A DNA stretch of 64,000 nt, from positions 9,939,741 through 10,003,740 of the forward strand of contig OZ199838.1 in assembly GCA_964304625.1 (NCBI GenBank), in the 5' to 3' direction. A program made the position numbers and the translations under genes. This document shows, piece by piece, positions 60,630 through 64,000 of this stretch. Source of the stretch: Kudoa neothunni. Lineage: Eukaryota > Animalia > Cnidaria. The notes beneath the pieces were generated by a model. The model did no database searches. It was given only the letters and a program-made list of their open reading frames with translations, and was not told the origin of the DNA. Positions within the stretch are counted from its first letter, which is position 1; the number at the start of each line of letters is the position of its first letter.

Positions 60630-62165
60630 CTTATTTATGTTTTCGGTGGAGTACGACAAATCCCGGTGATTCTGCCGTCGTTGGTTTCAGGGAGATTTTT
60701 ACGCGCTTATTTGTTAATATATGGCTTATATATTAATAATTAAAAGTGAGGTCAACATTTATGTGAATTCATAAAGAAATAGATTTTGTAAACAGGAATA
60801 TGTGATGTATTCTGATGTCTCTCACCATTAGTGTGCGGATGTATATCGTATGAAATGCGATAAAAATGAATATTCAAATATATGCGAGTAAAAAATATGG
60901 TTAGAGTGTTATAAATAAATTTTTGAGTTATTGTCTTTCGATTAGAATTATACATCCTTCATGGAATTAACCAAAATCTAATTTAATGTAATTAAATTAT
61001 TATTAATTTGGACATAGAGATATTTTTATTGTCTTAAATTGTGTGGATTTCGTAAAAAAGTTGTTTTATTTGCATATTCATTACCGATGTTTAACGAAAG
61101 TTTTGTTTATTAATTGTGTGCGGCAAATTTTAATCCATAAAATGCGGCGGTGTAAATGGAAGCTACGCAAAGCTTTTACCTTAAAATAGAATTTAATGTC
61201 TCCGAATTTATAATATTTATTTCATTCTTTTCTTATTCTTATTCAGACTATGATTTTTATTTTTGTAATTATTCTTATTAGATCCAAAAGACGGAGCACA
61301 AAATTAAATGGGCAAGTATAAAATTCTATTTGGATAGCTTAGAAAATCGATCAATCACGAATGTATTTTCTAGATGTCGTTGTATAAATTATTAAATTAA
61401 TAATTAACCCCTCATCTCATGAATTTCATGAGGTAAATTAAAATAGTATTTTTAGTGATATTTTCAGTGTAAAACAAAGTCGTGTTATTTCATTCATAAT
61501 CTTTTAATTGGGTATTGTATTTTCTGATGTATAATTTCTGTGGCATAATAATTAAGCTGATAGCTAAATTTAATTCATTATTGATATATTTTGTATTGAA
61601 TTAATGTATAGAACTTTTATGACCTGCTTGACAAATTATAAGGCATTCCTGCATAGAAAATCCTCATTTTCTCTAATTCAACATTTTATGTAGTCAATCA
61701 TAATCTAAATTATTTGTATCCTAACTTGCAAGAAATAATGTAAGTTGACTGTATCCAAGTTGAACTTGGCAGAGTCGGTGCGAAAATAATCCAAATTTAA
61801 TTTACATCTGTATATCTATGTTTAACATCAATTTACTTTGTTCATAGGATAAATAATTAGGGGGAAATTCTTTATGTGTAACAGAAAATTTATCACGATT
61901 AAATTTTCCAATGCTTTTTACTAGACGAGAGATATGTGAATCAAATATTCCCATTCGTTTTTCACTGTTACATTTGGTATAACAACGTGATTGTTAGCTC
62001 AGCTTTACAATTTTATTTTTATATAGTTATACTTATTTTTATTTTATTACAAAATGATAAATATAGAACCTTTTACAAAAATATAAACCCCGTTGTTGTC
62101 TCGGCTCCCTCATTCATTGAGTCTCCCGCTGTATCCTGTTTCGCACTCATCCTGGTTAGCGCCAT
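60630..62165 (-). CDS. Putative unannotated multi-exon gene of unknown function, tandem upstream of PRP8
   Basis: GC-richer ATG exon (MALTRMSAKQDTAGDSMNEGAETTT, ATG 62165), a ~60-codon open stretch at ~61805-61995, and further GC-richer blocks separated by AT-rich short GT..AG segments. A full model was not resolved. Confidence 0.25.
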
Positions 62166-62265
62166 AGAAACACTTTTGCAAGACACGACACAAAACGATT
62201 AATATCGAGCATAAGTCAAATATAAAAGAATATATATATCCAACACCCGTTATGCGATTTATCGT

Positions 62266-62289
62266 GTGTGTATGTATGTATGTATGTAT
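62266..62289. repeat. (TG)n/(TATG)n microsatellite
   Basis: tgtgtgtatgtatgtatgtatgtatt. Confidence 0.75.
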
Positions 62290-64000
62290 TCAGTAAAAAG
62301 TTGACGCGGTTTTATTCAACTATGATTTAGCTTTAAAATAATATTAGAAACTAAATGATTACTATCATGAGATTAATACACATTTATTGAATATTACACA
62401 ATAGGACAGCTCTATGTCCTCTAACTCGAAAATGGCGACGCAACGATGAAACACCACCTGCCTGTGTCTAGTGTCACATTAATCAAAGCGAACTTGCTAA
62501 AATTAATGTTCTACGATCTTATTTTTATCCTTTTATTTAATTATAAAATTCTAATGAGACAAAAGTTCTTTTATGAAAACAATGCGAATCATCGTTTTCG
62601 TGAGAGTTTATGTGATTGAGTTACCTTTAAGAACCGCTTAATTCAGTATTCATAAGCTAAAATAATCAGTCATAAAACAAATAAACACTATTTTCATTAA
62701 TTATTGGAATATAATAGTTATATAAAAATGTATGTTGTTATTTTTTATCTTGTTCCTCGTTTTATACATCGTCAAAGACGGTAAACTTAAGTGAAGCGGC
62801 TTACATAGGGAAATTTTAATCGCCTTTATGCAACAGCTTATGCGCTGTATAAATTATTCTTATATTACGTTTTTTACATCTTTATAGACGTTCCCGATCC
62901 TAATTGTATAATTTTACGTATTTAGATTTTCTTTAAATTACGAAAGTCAGAGATATAGGTTTATTAAACTTATGAATATTGCATGCGCAAGCATCTTGCT
63001 AAATAAAACATTATGAGAATTTTACCAAAAGTGGTTTTATTTATCAAAAAAAATATTATATAATATCTTTCAAACAGAAAAAATAATTTTGTGGACAAAC
63101 CTTAGTTGTGAAAAGTTCGTTAAAACGAATTATTCCATTTCTCTATTTCATCAAGTATAAAATAATAATTTATCATACCTATATCATAAAAAAAGTTAAT
63201 ATGTTGAATTAACATATACACATTCGAAAATAAAAACATCCATTATACTTTAAAATTAATAATTTAATCATAATTATGTAGAGCTTTGTAACCAATATAA
63301 TTTTAGAATACTAAATTCTATGAATATTATCAATTTGAATTTTTCATACTATTCTGTTACAAGTTTGTGTTATAATGTAAATATAATTTTTTTTAACATG
63401 TTAAAATCAGCACTATATCATTTTTTATCGAATTTTTATAAAACAAACAAATTAATGTTAATATTGTACGAATAATGTTGAATTATTCAGGATGTATTAT
63501 TTGTTAAACCATCTAAGAAAAATTTATAAACTAAAAAACATTTTATTAATTATTATTGTAAATAATATAGTTTGACGAGTATTCATTAAATGTTACATAT
63601 TAATCAATATGTAAACTAGGGATGTGAGCATGCGCAAAACAAAAATAAAATGAGTTGTGTATTTGTTTGTTTTACGATAAAATTTATAACTCTTGTAAAT
63701 ATAACTAAGAGAAATTTTTAGAAATACTATATTTTAACATATATTATTCCGATATGTAAAGTTTTCTTTGATTTAATGTCTAAATAACGGTCGATATGTA
63801 GACGGTATATATGAGCATTATAATACAATAGGAAAATGCTCATTGGTGACAAAAAACTTAATTATTTGGAATGTTTTGTAAAACTAAGTTAGATTTAAGA
63901 TTGGTTAAAATCCGAATGTATAGATTGTTCGACTTAGTGTGATCTTGTTAAATTTTTCTCAATAAACTATTTATAACACTGATGATTTTAGTTTAATAGT

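Overview
AT-rich eukaryotic nuclear DNA, very likely animal. Short GT-AG introns (mostly 36-100 nt), divergent housekeeping proteins and a dense transposon load suggest a reduced parasite such as a myxozoan cnidarian; this assignment is inference only. Six host genes are recognisable: TAF12, EXOSC1/CSL4 and RPP30 (all intronless, the last two head-to-head with <=47 bp between ATGs), a Cys-type GPX4-like peroxidase, NRDE2 (8 exons, ~1152 aa, one 6.5-kb intron) and PRPF8 (11 exons, ~2325 aa). The rest is mostly transposable elements: two Ty3/Gypsy LTR elements, several Merlin (ISXO2/IS1595-like) elements, pogo/Tigger, Tc1/IS630-like, piggyBac, hAT, MITEs and a tRNA-headed SINE-like family, often nested. 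Most notable: (i) a young 2.57-kb LTR element with identical LTRs and a TSD that encodes an in-frame Gag-half protease-integrase fusion with no RT/RNase H; (ii) an apparently intact pogo transposase split by three 36-45 nt introns and ending in a PIP box; (iii) an unannotated H/ACA snoRNA in PRP8 intron 6, predicted to guide an 18S pseudouridylation; (iv) ultra-compact promoters, with an NRF1-like motif next to the ATGs. All calls were made by eye from motifs; no searches were run.
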